A stretch of DNA of 64,000 nt from positions 4,278,001-4,342,000 of the forward strand of contig OZ218952.1 of assembly GCA_965112735.1 (NCBI GenBank), given 5' to 3'. Below the pieces are notes generated by a model that worked only from the letters and a program-made list of their open reading frames with translations, ran no database searches and was not told where the DNA came from. Position 1 is the stretch's first letter; every line of letters starts with the position of its first letter. This DNA is from Phaeosaccion multiseriatum (taxonomy: Eukaryota > Protista > Ochrophyta, other classes). Shown here piece by piece: positions 1-12,133 of the stretch. A program made the translations under genes and the position numbers.

Positions 1-3000
1 TCCCCCCAACACCACAGTAATATCGTAGTGCAGCACTGCCCACTCGGTCGGCTGCGAGTCAACGTACAGACCCGCGAAGCTGCGAATGAACTCCCATAAC
101 GCACTGAGGACGAGGGAAGAGTCGTCATCGTCGAAGGCCGCTTGCAGTTGAGCCGCTCCATCTGTGGCGTCGGTTTCCGAGGCAAAGTCTTTCACTATGA
201 AGCTCACCACCATCACGGTGGTGGTGGTGGTGGTGCTGCTGCTGCTGTCACTCCTCACCGCGCTTGCGCTCGACGAGGTTATATTTGATGATGCAGTCTG
301 GAATATTGGCGATGATGCAGTCTGAAGTATTGGCGGTGCTGCCAGTGTCCCCCCCCTCCGCCGCTGCTGCTCGTCCCTTGGGTTGTAGTGATGGTTGCTG
401 TCGGCCTCTCTTCTGGCTGCTTGGCTCGACAGCGTCCGGAGCTCCCCCTCCTCTCTCTGCTCCTCCTCCTCTCTCTGCTCCTCCTGCTGCTCCTCCTCCT
501 CCTCCTCCTCCTCCTGCTCCTCCTCCTGCTCCTCCTCCTCCTCCTCCTCCTCCTCCTCCTCCTCCTCCTCCTCCTCCTCCTCCTCCTCCTCCTCCTCCTC
601 CTCCTCCTCCTCCTCCTCCTCCTCCTCCTCCTCCTCCTCCTCCTCCTCCTCCTCCTCCTCCTCCTCCTCCTCCTCCTCCTCCTCCTCCTCCTCCTCCTCC
701 TCCTCCTGCTGCTGCTGCTCCTCCTCCTCCTCCTCCTCCTCCTCCTCCTCCTCCTCCTCCTCCTCCTCCTCCTCTCCTCCTCCTCCTCCTCCTCCTCCTC
801 CTCCTCCTCCTCCTTCTCCTCCTCCTCCTTCTCCTCCTCCTCCTCCTCCTCCTCCTCCTCCTCCTCCTCCTCCTCCTCCTCCTCCTTCTCCTCCTCTTCC
901 TTCTTCTCCTCCTCCTCCTCCTCCTCCTCCTCCTCCTCCTCCTCCTCCTCCTCCTCCTCCTCCTCCTCCTGCCTTTGCCCGTGCCCATGCCTTGCGGCTC
1001 GCTGCTGTCGCGACACCACCATCCGTCTCCTTCTACTGGACCCACCCCCACCACCACTCCCTACTACCGACGACGAGGAGGAGAAGGAGGAGGAGCTGCC
1101 GTCCTCCACACTAATGATGGTCACATCCCCCGCCAAAGCGCCGGTGATGAGCGTAGTGATTGCCACCTGCATAGCGCCAAGCACGCCAGCAGTGTCCACA
1201 AAGCTCGCGTCTTCCCCACTCATACCAAAGCTCCCCAAAATGTAGCTTCCGCTAGTGGGCAGGGGGTAAGGGGTTGAAGCTACCGTCGGCGTCTGCACAG
1301 AGGGAGTGAGCGAAAGGTTGCACAGCCACACAAAGCAACGCAACGCGAGGGCAAGGGGCGGTGCGGTGGGGGAGGCACAGGGGGGAGGACGTAAGACAGG
1401 AAGGGAGCTGCTGCTGCTGCTGGCTGTATCACCAACTGCTGCTGCTGGCTGTATCACCAACTGCTGCTGCTGCTGCTGCTGCCGAGAGTCTTGATGTAAT
1501 CTATGAAGCTAGTGCCATGCAGTGCCATACACTGCCATACACGATCGTGCCATTACTATGTACAGCTAGGTGCCATACGGGGCGCGTTCAGCACGTCAGC
1601 AATCAGCACACATGAGGGCTCCCCCCCCTGGCCTCAGTGACTTACTGGCCTCACTGACTTACTGGCCTCATTACTGTCCTCAGTGACTTACTGCTGTCGG
1701 TGCTGGGCTCGGCGCAGCGGTAGGGGCCGATGTCGGTGCCTGAGAGCAAGTGATGGATGAGGGATGGCAGAGGATAGCAGCGGATGGCAGAGGATGGTAG
1801 AGGATAGCAGAGGATGGCAGAGGATGGATGAGGATGCAGTGGATGGCAGAGGATGGCAGAGGACGGATGAGGATGGCAGAGGATGGATGAGGATGGCAGT
1901 GGATGGCAGAGGATGGCAGAGGATGGCAGAGGATGAGTAAGAGATGCATAACACATATTTGAGGCGAGTCGAACAGATCAGAGGCGAGTCGAACAGATCA
2001 ATGGCAAGGGCCCCGCTCTCCCTCCTCTGTCTCGACTCTCACCCTCTCTCCCTCTCTCCCTCTCTCCCTCTCTCCCTCTCTCCCTCCCCTCTTCCTCCTC
2101 CTCTCCCTCTCTCTCTCCCTCCCTCTGCTCCTCCCTCCCTCTCCCTTTCCCATCCCCTCCATCTCTCCCTCCCCTCCCTTCCTCCCTCCTACTCTCCCTT
2201 CCCCCCTCTCCCTCATCCTCCCACCCCCTCCCCGCCCCCCTCCCTCTGCTCCTCCCCCCCTCTCCCTTTCCCATCCCCTCCCCCTCCCTCTCCCTCTCCC
2301 TTCGTCCTTCGAACCTGCGTCGGAGCTGCCGTCGGAGCTGTCGTCGGAGCCGCCGTCGGAGCCGCCGTCGGAGCAGGGGTAGGGGTCCACGTCGCAGTCC
2401 CAAAGTCCAAAGCCACGAGAGGGAGGTCTTCAGCCGCTGCACCAATCAGGGCTGATAAGCTGCCTATACCCGCTTGCCCACTGAAGTGCGGGAAGGAAGG
2501 AAACGTGGATGGGGGGGGCAGATCATGGAGGGGCCAGAGCACAAGAAAGCAATGGCGACAATGGGCGGCAACAGTAGAGAGTTGGGGGAAATGTATGTGA
2601 TTAGCAGAGTATCGAGCCGTAAGGTGGAGGGTAGAGGTTGGAACCTGCCTCCTGCCTGTTTTCCAGTGTACTCACAATCCATTATTGCCCCAGCAGGTAA
2701 TGTCGTCATTGTCCAGCACCTGACCGAGGTAGGGGGTACATGAAGGGGCGGGGGGTTTCACTTTCTTGGTTGGCTAGGAGTACAAGGAGTACGAGGAAGA
2801 AGAGAGGGAGAAAGAGGGCATGTAATGCGAACCTTGAAACCTTTTCTCATGTTTCAACAGCAGCAGCACAGTACAGTACGCAGAGCAGAACAGCGCACAA
2901 CCTAACCCAGAGCAAAGCAGACCAGTTGGTGATACAGCACAGCATATATACATATACATATATACAAAGGGTACATATAATTATATATATGTAAAGGGTG

Positions 3001-6000
3001 TGCAGCTTGCTTGCAACAATCGCCTTCCTTCTCCTTACCGCACAGTACCCCACGCCTTGCCCGCGAATGGACACGACAGTGCGGCCTGTTCCAAAGTCAA
3101 TAGGAGATAAGGCGTCCCCCATCTCTCCGGCATTGTCCCCAATGTGGTCGAGGTTACCCTGAGCGGGCTCTATTGGTCGTTATGTATGCGGCAGTTGGTA
3201 GGTAGGTAGGTAGGTAGGTAGGTAGGTAGGTAGGTAGGAAGGAGGTAGGTAGGTAGGTAGGTAGGTAGGTAGGAAGGAGGTAGGTAGGTAGGTAGGTAGG
3301 TAGGTAGGTAGGTAGGTAGGTAGGTAGGTAGGTAGGTAGGTAGGTAGGTAGGTAGGTAGGAAGGCAAGTAGGGAGTGAGGTAGGTAGGAAGGAAGGAAGA
3401 AGGGAGGTAGGTAGGTAGGTAGGTAGGTAGGTAAGTAAGTAGGTAGGTAAGTATGTAGGGGGGGAGGGGAGGGGAGGTAGATAGTTGGGTGGGTGGGTAG
3501 GAAGGAAGGAAGGAGAGAGGTAGGTAGGTAGGTAGGTAGGTAGGTAGGGAGGGAGGGAGGGAAGGAGAAGGGACGGAGGGAAGGAGGGAGGAAAGGAGGG
3601 AAGGAGGGAGGAAGGAGGAAGGAAGGAAGGAGGGAAGGAAGGAAGGACGAAAGGAAGGAAGGAAGGAAGGAGGGAAGGGAGGAAGGAGGGGAGGAAGGAA
3701 GGAAGGACGAAAGGAAGGAAGGAGGGAAGGAAGGAAGGAAGGAAGGAAGGAGGGAAGGAAGGAAGGAAGGAAGGAAGGAAGGAAGGAAGGAAGGAAGGAA
3801 GGAAGGAAGGAAGGAAGGAAGGAAGGAAGGAAGGAAGGAAGGAAGGAGGAAGGAAGGAAGGAAGGAAGGAAGGAAGGAAGGAAGGAAGGAAGGAAGGAAG
3901 GAAGGAAGGAAGGAAGGAAGGAAGGAAGGAAGGAAGGAAGGAAGGAAGGAAGGAAGGAAGGAAGGAAGGAAGGAAGAAAGAAGGAAGGAAGGAAGGAAAG
4001 AAGGAAGAAAGGGAGGGAGGAAGAACGGGGCGATACGTGAAGCTAGCTGGAGGGACGTCCGTGGTATGGAATCTCACACAGCTTGCTGTCGGTCCGCCAA
4101 CCTCCCAGCCCCCTCATACACTTTCAGTTTCTTAGGTGATTCCTAGTCAGTCAATAAATACCCCCCTCAGGGCCGAAAGGCGGCACCGTCATCGCCATTC
4201 TATTTGTTAGAGGCAGATGATGGCACTACGACGACATACAGGGGGAGATGAGAAGAATGTTCGCACTCACCTCCTTGACTTCCCCACCCCCAGCATTTGA
4301 CGTCTCCTGGAAGTGCGCAGGCATATGGGCAGGGCCAGGTATATGGGCAGGGGCAGGCAGGCGGCAACGAAGGGCCGAGGTAGGAAAGCAGGTGCCAGGA
4401 AGCAAGCAAGTGAGTGTGTGTGTGTGTGCGGATCCAAGAGCGCGTCTCGCTCGTACTGATTCGAGCATTAGTACTTGAGCAATGGGCTTGAGCACTGCAC
4501 TTGGGCAATGGACTTGCCTGTGTCCAGTATGGCACACTGAGAATACACCCCTGCCGCGAGGGCTATGGCGGTTCTGTTGGTGCCAAGGTCCACGGGACTC
4601 TAAGAGGAGGAGGGGGGGAGGAGGAGGACGACGACGACGAGGAGGAGGAGGAGGAGGAGGAGGAGGAGGAGGAAGAAGAGGAGCCATGAGTGTGGAAGCT
4701 ATTCAAGCCCTCTGACCCGTGTCCACATGATGCACTAAGCCGGCAAGAGACTGGCTGTGGCTAGTAGGCTCAGATTGGCTTCCTTCACCCCCTCCCCTCC
4801 CCCTCTCCCTCCCCCATGTGAGGTGGTAGAGTAGGTCGCTCACCCCGTTCCCCTCTTCGTACTTACTATGCCTGCAAAGTCGGCGTCGAGACTTATGTCA
4901 GTCGTGCTGCCTATGCCCAGCTGTGTGTGTGTGTGTGTGTGTGTGGGTGGGGGGGGGGGTCGAGGGACGAGAGGGGATAGTGCAGCAGCAGGAGGAGGGG
5001 TGAGAGAGGGGTGAGAGAGGGGTGAGAGAGGGGTGAGAGAGGGGTGAGAGAGGGGTGAGAGAGGGTTGAGAGAGGGGTGAGAGAGGAGTGAGAGAGGAGT
5101 GAGAGGGGTGAGAGAGGAGTGAGAGAGGGGTGAGAGAGGGCTGAGAGAGGGGTGAGAGAGGGGTGAGAGAGGAGTGAGAGAGGGGTGAGAGAGGGGTGAG
5201 AGAGGGGTGAGAGGCATGGACTGGACAGGCAGCACCCTCCGCCCACGAAGTTCGCAGTCAGGGAGTCTCACTGGCTGGCAGGAGGAGGAGTCAGTCAGAC
5301 GGCATCGGCAGCTACGCGCCTCACGGTCCCGTGGGTGTCTTTGGCGGTGTGCCCAGCCACAAGCCACACTTGAACACTTACCGTGCCTGTACAGGTGTGA
5401 CAGAAGGGTCGAGAGGGCGTCGTGAGGGCGAAAGCAGTAGAGTAGAGTAGAGAAGAGAAGATAAGAGTAGAGCAGAGCAGCTGGTGATTCGGAGCAGAGC
5501 AGAGCACAATACTCGTTACGTTAAAGGCAGTACAGACACTAACTGTGCAATATAATATGCATATGATGTATAGCAGAGCCGTTAAAGGCAGTACAGACAC
5601 TAAACTGTGCAGATGATACATACATAGCACAGTGCAGACGAGTAGAGAAGGACGCTTTGTGTTGTGAGTGAGGGTGGAAGGGATGCGCTTGTTGTACACA
5701 GAGGAAGCGACGCGAAGCAGATGAGTAGGAGGATTGCACACCCATGAAACAGAGGAGAGGTAGAAACCAAGTTGCTAAGCGGTCGAAAATCGAGGGCTCC
5801 ACCTCCCCTCCCCTCTCCTCCACTCCCCTCCCCTCCCCTCCCCTTCCCTGTCCTTCCCTTCCCTTCCCTTCCCTTCCCTTCCCTTCCCTTCCCTTCCCTT
5901 CCCTTCCCTTCCCTTCCCTTCCCTTCCCTTCCCTTCCCTTCCCTTCCCTTCCCTTCCCTTCCCTTCCCTTCCCTTCCCTCCCCTTTCCTTCCCTTCCCTT

Positions 6001-9000
6001 CCCTTCCCTCTCCTCTCCTCGCCTCTCCTCTCCTCTCCTCCTCTCCCCTCCCTTCCCCTCCCCTCCCCTCCCCTCCCCTCCTCTCCTCTCCCCTCCTCTC
6101 TCCCCTCCCCTCAGCTCCTCTCCCCTCCTCTCTCCCCTCCCCTCAGCTCCTCTCCTGTCCCCTCCCCTCTCCCCTCCTCTCTCCCCTCCCCTCCCCTCTC
6201 CCCTCCCCTCCTCTCTCCCCTCCCCTCCCCTCCCCTCCCCTCCTCTCACCCCTCCCCTCCTCTCTCCCCTCCCCTCCCCTCTCCCCTCCTCTCTCAACTC
6301 TCCCTCCCCCTCCCCTCTCCCCGCCCCTCTCCTCTCCTCTCCCCTCTCCTCCCCTCCTCTCTCCCCTCCCCTCCCCTCCCCTCCCCTCCCCTCCCCTCCC
6401 CTCCCCTCCCCTCCCCTCCCCTCCCCTCCCCTCCCCTCCCCTCCCCTCTCCTCCCCTCTCCTCTCCCCTCCTCTCTCAACTCTCCCTCCCCCTCCCCTCT
6501 CCCCGCCCCTGCCCTCTCCTCTCCTCTCCCCTCTCCTCCCCTCCCCTCCTCTCCCTTCCCCTCCCCTCCCCTCCTCTCCCCTCCTGCTTTGCACTTACCA
6601 TAGCTGTTTAATCCCCAGCAAACCACATCGCCGGTGTTTCGAAGCTTGGGGAGTGAAGAGGACGGGCACACGAACGTTACGGGGAAAGTAGAGGGAAGCA
6701 GCCAAACGAAAGTAGGGAGCGGAAGGAAATACCGTCAGACACGCCATATGTCATCTGTTAGGGCCACGTCTACGAACTTCAGAAAAGTTTCCTGCTCGTT
6801 GGAAGCACGCTGCTGCTGCCGCTGCTGCTGCTGCTGCTGCTGCTGCTCCTCCTCCTCCTCCTCCTCCTCCTCCTCCTCCTCCTCCTCCTCCTCCTCCTCC
6901 TCCTCCTCCTCCTCCTCCTCCTCCTCCTCCTCCTCCTCCTCCTCCTCCTCCTCCTCCTCCTCCTCCTCCTCCTCCTCCTCCTCCTCCTCCTCCTCCTCCT
7001 CCTCCTCCTCCTCCTCCTCCTCCTCCTCCTCCTCCTCGGTAGGTATGTATTCCCTCCACGAAGAGTGCCAAGCCCAAGCAAGGCTCAACCATCACTAGAC
7101 TATATCGTCGGACAAATCGTTGTCTTCGTTTTCTCGATACCTCGCACACACACGCAGCGCTCTCTTCTCCACAGCTCGAGCCCCCAGCCAGGAAGGCACG
7201 CCTTCCCGCCGAGAAGAAGCACGTACCGATCAGTGGCATGCGCTTGCTTCACCTCCCTTCGTGTCTCCTCCTCCTCCTCCTCCTCCTCCTCCTCCTCCTC
7301 CTCCTCCTCCTCCTCCTCGGTAGGTATGTATTCCCTCCACGAAGAGTGCCAAGCCCAAGCAAGGCTCAACCATCACTAGACTATATCGTCGGACAAATCG
7401 TTGTCTTCGTTTTCTCGATACCTCGCACACACACGCAGCGCTCTCTTCTCCACAGCTCGAGCCCCCAGCCAGGAAGGCACGCCTTCCCGCCGAGAAGAAG
7501 CACGTACCGATCAGTGGCATGCGCTTGCTTCACCTCCCTTCGTGTCTCACTCTTTGCAAACGCAAGTTCCGTACACGTGTGGGAAGTGCCTCTCCCCATT
7601 CCCTCCCCTCCCCTCCCCTCCCCCTCCGTGGCACTTCATTGACTTACACTCACCACACAGGTGTGAAGCACCCCTAGGGACAGGGCAGTGGCGGTATAGC
7701 CATCCCCTCCTATGTAGACGTAAGGCAATGAGTCGCCCATCTCCCCAACCGCATCCCCGACGATGGTCATGTTGGTGGCGTCTTGCCCTGTCTGTCCCTT
7801 CCAGTTCCACCCCCTTTGGTTGTTGTTGTGATGATGTTGTGTGGTGTTTTGTTCATGTGTATGTTGTTTGATAGCCGAGTGATGGAAGGAAGACAGCGCA
7901 ATGTAGCTAGTTAGTGGTGTGGGCAACAAGCCAAGAGCTGAGGACGGAAAACAAGACGTGCGACCGACTGTTGTATGAAGCCCACGATTGCCTATACCTG
8001 GGCCATTGACATGAGTGGCACACTATTGCCTACACCTGGGCCATTATTGACATACATGTCCCCTCCCCCGCCCCTCTACTTACAACACTACGGCAACCTT
8101 ACCAGCATTTCACTCCGCCCGCATCCGTGATCTGTAAGCAGGTAAGAGTGGTGTTGGCAAAGGGGGAGAGGAGGAGAGAAGGAGAGGAACGGTGAGCTCC
8201 GTGCTACTCTCTTCTCCTGTGGGCAATAGTGTCTTTCCTGCTCTACTGCCTGCCCCATCCACCACTGACATGCCACAATAGTCTATGTGCCGACTGGTGT
8301 TGTTCCCCCCTCTTGCTGCTGGACTGTCGATGGACTGGTGGTGCCTACCTCCTGCCATGCAAACTCTCCTCTCTCCTCTCTCCTCTCTCTTCTCTCCTCT
8401 CCCCTCTCCTCTCCTCTCCTCTCCTCCTCTCCTCTGCCATCTTTCCTCTCTTCTCTCTCCTCTCCCCTCTCCCCTCTCCTCTCTCTGCTCTCTCCTCTCT
8501 CCTCTCTCCCCTCTCCTGTCTCCTCTCCCCTCTCCCCTCTCCCCTCTCCCCTCTCCCCTCTCCCCTCTCCCCTCTCCCCTCTCCACTCTCCCCTCTCCCC
8601 TCTCCCCTCTCCACTCTCCCCTCTCCCCTCTCCCCTCTCCCCTCTCCCCTCTCCCCTCTCCCCTCTCCCCTCTCCCCTCTCCCCTCTCCCCTCTCCCCTC
8701 TCCCCTCTCCCCTCTCCCCTCTCCCCTCTCCCCTCTCCTCTCTCCCCTCTCCTCTTTCCCCTCTCCCCTCTCCCCTCGCTCCTTTCTCCTCTTTGCTTAC
8801 CACGCATCCATGTGCCCATCCGAGTTCAATTGCAACGGCGGACACGTTCGTTCCCAAGTCGATGGTTGCCTGCAGGAAAAGGGAGAGGCGAGAGAGGGAA
8901 AGAGCGACCGAGGCAGAGAGAAAGACAGAGAGGAGGACACACACAAACACACAGAGAGACAGAGAGAACACAAACACACAGAGAGAGCACGAGTGAGCAA

Positions 9001-11552
9001 GAGAGAAGCAAGGGTGTCGCAGGGAAGGCAAAGGCTCGAGGAGGAAGCCCAGCAGCTGCAGAGAGCAGAAGCAAGTGGTCAGGTCGGACCGCCGGCTAAG
9101 CAAAGCGAAGCATCGCTCTTCGCTCCGTCCAAAACGACCCGCGTGTGTCACGTCGGGCCGGCAGGGCAGAAGGTGACGCGGGTGATGAGGGACACAAGTT
9201 AGACATGCAGTCAGTCACAACAGGCAGCAGCAGAGAGGGAGCCCCAGTCCCAGTCCCAGCGGCGAGAGGCGAGTTGACTCGACGGAGGGCTCCTTTATTT
9301 ACTTGCTTCACGGGGAAATAAATCACTCTACTCTACACTCTACACGTCGTGTGGCTGCGCAAGCAAGCAAGCATAAGCAACAACTGCGCAAGTATGCACG
9401 CCCCCTGGCTGCCTGGCTACAGTATAGCAGTAATGGCAGTGGTAGTAGCAGTAGCAGTAGGAGTGTAAGCAGAAGTAAGACGCCCAGTCGCGTCCTGCAC
9501 CTCCCAAGCGCGTCGTCGTGTAAACATCCCCTCCCCCCCCCCCCTCTGCGCTCGATCGCTGACTCACCAAAGAGGCCATGTCGCCCGAGGCATATCCGAT
9601 GGTATTCGTGTGTCCCTGTCCCAGCTGTAAAGCTCCAACCGCCACGCACGCACCCACACGCCAGAGCAAGGCAGAGAGGCAGGCACATCAGCAAGCAGCA
9701 GCAGGCAGGAGAGGCAGAGCGAAAATGGGGGAAGAAGACGGAGGGTGAGAAAGAGTAGTAGGAACGAATGTACGGACGGGCACCGAGAGGAAGAAGGCGG
9801 AGCGAGACTACTACTACGAGTTCTGGCGATGGCAGTGATGTTGGTGATAGCCGTGGCTGCTGACGTGATGGGTGGGTACCCGCTCTACTCTGGCGCCATC
9901 TCTCGACACAGTCCGAAGGGCTGGAGGGGGGTGGGCCTTTGCATTCCGCGGCAGTATGCGTTGAGGGACAGTTCACTTCACTTCACCCCGGGCCCCTGAT
10001 GCCGATGCTGCTCACCTCCCCGTAGATGTTACTTCCCCAGCTGGAGCGAGGAACAAGCAGAGGAGGCGGGGAGAAGGAGGCAGGCAGGCAGGCCGGGAGG
10101 GAGGGGGGAGGGAGGGGGAGTGACCATGAAAGTCAGAGGGCGTGGGAGAGTAGCTCGGGCATTGGCGGGCTGTCAGCAATGCCGAGGAGGATGACAATCG
10201 AAGCTTGACCTCGGCCTCGGTTTTGAACGAGGAGGAAGGAACGCCGCTGCTGCCCCCCCCTGGACCTGTGGCGGCATGCTATGTATGTCGCACACGGTCA
10301 ATGGCTCGAGTAGTAGCTCTAAAAACGTCATGCGCCTCTGCCTGCCTGTTGTCTCACCATTTGACATCCCCCGTGCTCAGCAATGCACACATCGTGTTCT
10401 GGCCTGTGCAGAATATATATCAACGACGGCAGAGGGGATCGAGCGGGAGGGCATTGAAATAATGAGCCAAGAAGGTCAAAGAGAGGGAGGGAGGGAGGGA
10501 GGGAGGGAGGGAGGGAGGGAGGGAGGGAGGGAGGGAGGGAGGGAGGGAGGGAGGGAGGGAGGGAGGGAGGGAGGGAGGGAGGGAGGGCGAAGGGAGGGAG
10601 GGAGCCTTGAAGTGTTGCATATGCTGCTAGAGTTAAAGGACAGCAGGAGGGCATTTCGAACGTGGCTGCCTGTCTCCCTGCTGGTCGGAACTTACCTCCA
10701 CACACGTCGGTGGCAGTGGCGCCGAGGTTGAGTGCCGTCATATTGTCGCCCATATCGCCGCTCAAAAGGCCTCGGTTGATGTTGTCGTCCTGCTCGGTCG
10801 GCAGGTGCGTGACGATATAGATGTATACAGGCAGGGGCGTGCCATGTGGTCAACGTAGCGAACAAGTGATTCAACGACGCAAAAGCCTACCGCCGGTATC
10901 ATCTTATGGGGTGGGTTCCTCCTCCTCCTCCTCCTCCTCCTCCTCCTCCTCCTCCTCCTCCTCCTCCTCCTCCTCCTCCTCCTCCTCCTCCTCCTCCTCC
11001 TCCTCCTCCTCCTCCTCCTCCGCTTCCCTCCCACCATCACGCCAGTCCAGGCAGACGCCGAGCGCGCACAAGACTTACATATCCCAGCTGGCCAAAGGTA
11101 TTGTGTCCCCAGCATACCACGCTGAAGTCGTCCCGCACGGCGCACGCGGCATACGAGCTGGCACCGAGGGCGATGGCCGTGCGTCCTGTACCGATGTCGA
11201 CGAGACCGAGGTTTTCTCCCATCTGTGTGATGTTGGTTCCGATGTTCTCGCCGGGGTTAGAGCCGAGACCCAGCTGCCCGTACAGGTAGCTGTGAAGAGA
11301 AGTACACAGGCAGCAAAGTTTTCTTTAGGGGTGTTTATTCTGACGATAGTATTACTATCAGTAAAGCAAAACCGGGAAGGTAGCAGCCAGCACTTACCCT
11401 CCCCAGCACTTGAGGTTCCCATTGACACTCGCACAAGCGAAGTCCATGCCGTGTGTGAGAATGGCACCTCCTTGAGCGGCAGTGATGTACACAGCAGCCG
11501 CACTGATGGAAAGCACCGCATGCTTTCTCGTGGCTGGCTGGGGCCCTCTCAT
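1..11552 (-). CDS. Secreted RCC1-repeat (7-blade beta-propeller) protein with P/T/A-rich stalk, RRRR basic motif and poly-Glu tract; ~18 exons; 3' end runs off the window
   Basis: Exons pieced together by eye give seven RCC1-type blades: ACASVNGNLKCWG (~11400-11450), ACAVRDDFSVVCWGHNTFGQLG (~11080-11150), MCALLSTGDVKC/WGSNIYG (~10360-10400, ~10015-10040), GCV/ITDAGGVKCW/GWNWKGQTG (~8800, ~8100-8130, ~7790-7812), TCV/LRNTGDVVCWG (~7650, ~6600-6645), QCAILDTG/DVKCWG (~4520-4540, 4271-4306), YCA/VLDNDDITCWG (~3040, ~2675-2720). Linkers include MGDALSPIDFGTGRT and MGENLGLVDIGTGRT. These are followed by PTPAPTAAPT repeats (2315-2390, 1690-1740) and a long exon from ~1293 to the window edge. The N-terminus MRGPQPATRKHAVLSISAAAVYITAAQG looks like a signal peptide; an alternative in-frame ATG lies at 11660. 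One short exon between ~4270 and ~3160 was not located. Confidence 0.82.
490..968. repeat. (CCT)n trinucleotide array encoding poly-Glu on the minus strand, with a 1-nt phase slip at ~774
   Basis: Seen directly; 'cctctcctcc' at 771-780 breaks the CCT phase. Confidence 0.95.
1762..1935. repeat. Intronic (GGATGGCAGA)n decamer minisatellite
   Basis: Tandem 10-mers with variants, seen directly. Confidence 0.9.
3196..4022. repeat. Intronic compound (GGTA)n/(GGAA)n microsatellite
   Basis: Seen directly. Confidence 0.95.
5803..6585. repeat. Intronic (CCCTT)n/(CCCCT)n polypyrimidine satellite
   Basis: Seen directly. Confidence 0.9.
6847..7548. repeat. Long (CCT)n followed by a tandem direct duplication with period 281 bp (unique parts ~7038-7267 and ~7319-7548), each copy preceded by (CCT)n
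   Basis: Both copies begin 'ggtaggtatgtattccctccacgaagagtgcc' and end 'cacctcccttcgtgtctc'; the ORF track shows identical peptides offset by 281 nt. Confidence 0.92.
8365..8776. repeat. Intronic (CCCCTCT)n heptamer satellite
   Basis: Seen directly. Confidence 0.9.
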
Positions 11553-12133
11553 CCAGCTACTGTTCCGGATGCTCTTGCTACTGGTGATATTGCTTCTTCG
11601 CTCTGCTCCATTTAGCCAATTCCTGCTGCCTGCTGTTACAAAGTGATGGGAGACGATCATTTTTTATTTTATTTTTGTTTACAAAGTCTGAAACCGTAAA
11701 AAAAGCTGACCACAAGGGACAACGGGTCAGTGTGGGAGGAAAACCCCCAGACAAGCGAATGAAAAAACGTTCGAATGGGTCAGGTCCCTCCTCCAGTTTG
11801 TACTGGTAGAGAAAGCAGAGGGTGCGCCCGTGGGTGGACAGGTCCGTGCGAGAGGCAGCCCATTCTCCTTCTCCCTCTCTCCAGGCCCAGTTTTCGGGCG
11901 TCCGACCTACCTACCGACGAAACCCACACAGACAGGAGCGGGCACGACCGCTCCGCAGCCCAGGCCGGGGCCTGAAAGGGCCTGAAAGGGTGCCTTGCTA
12001 GACATGCTTCTGGTCCAAGACCATCGCTTTGTAGCGAGCGAATGCGATTATCACTCTGTAGCTGAGTGATCGAGATAAAAAGTCAGAGAATACCGGCCGC
12101 GTGTGCCACCAACGGTAAACACACCCAGTGTGT

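Noticed and set aside
248-9202. Many long low-complexity ORFs (poly-P/L/S/G/R, PSFL, GEGR, SPLP)
   Set aside because: These are stop-free translations of microsatellites in introns or antisense frames, not independent genes.
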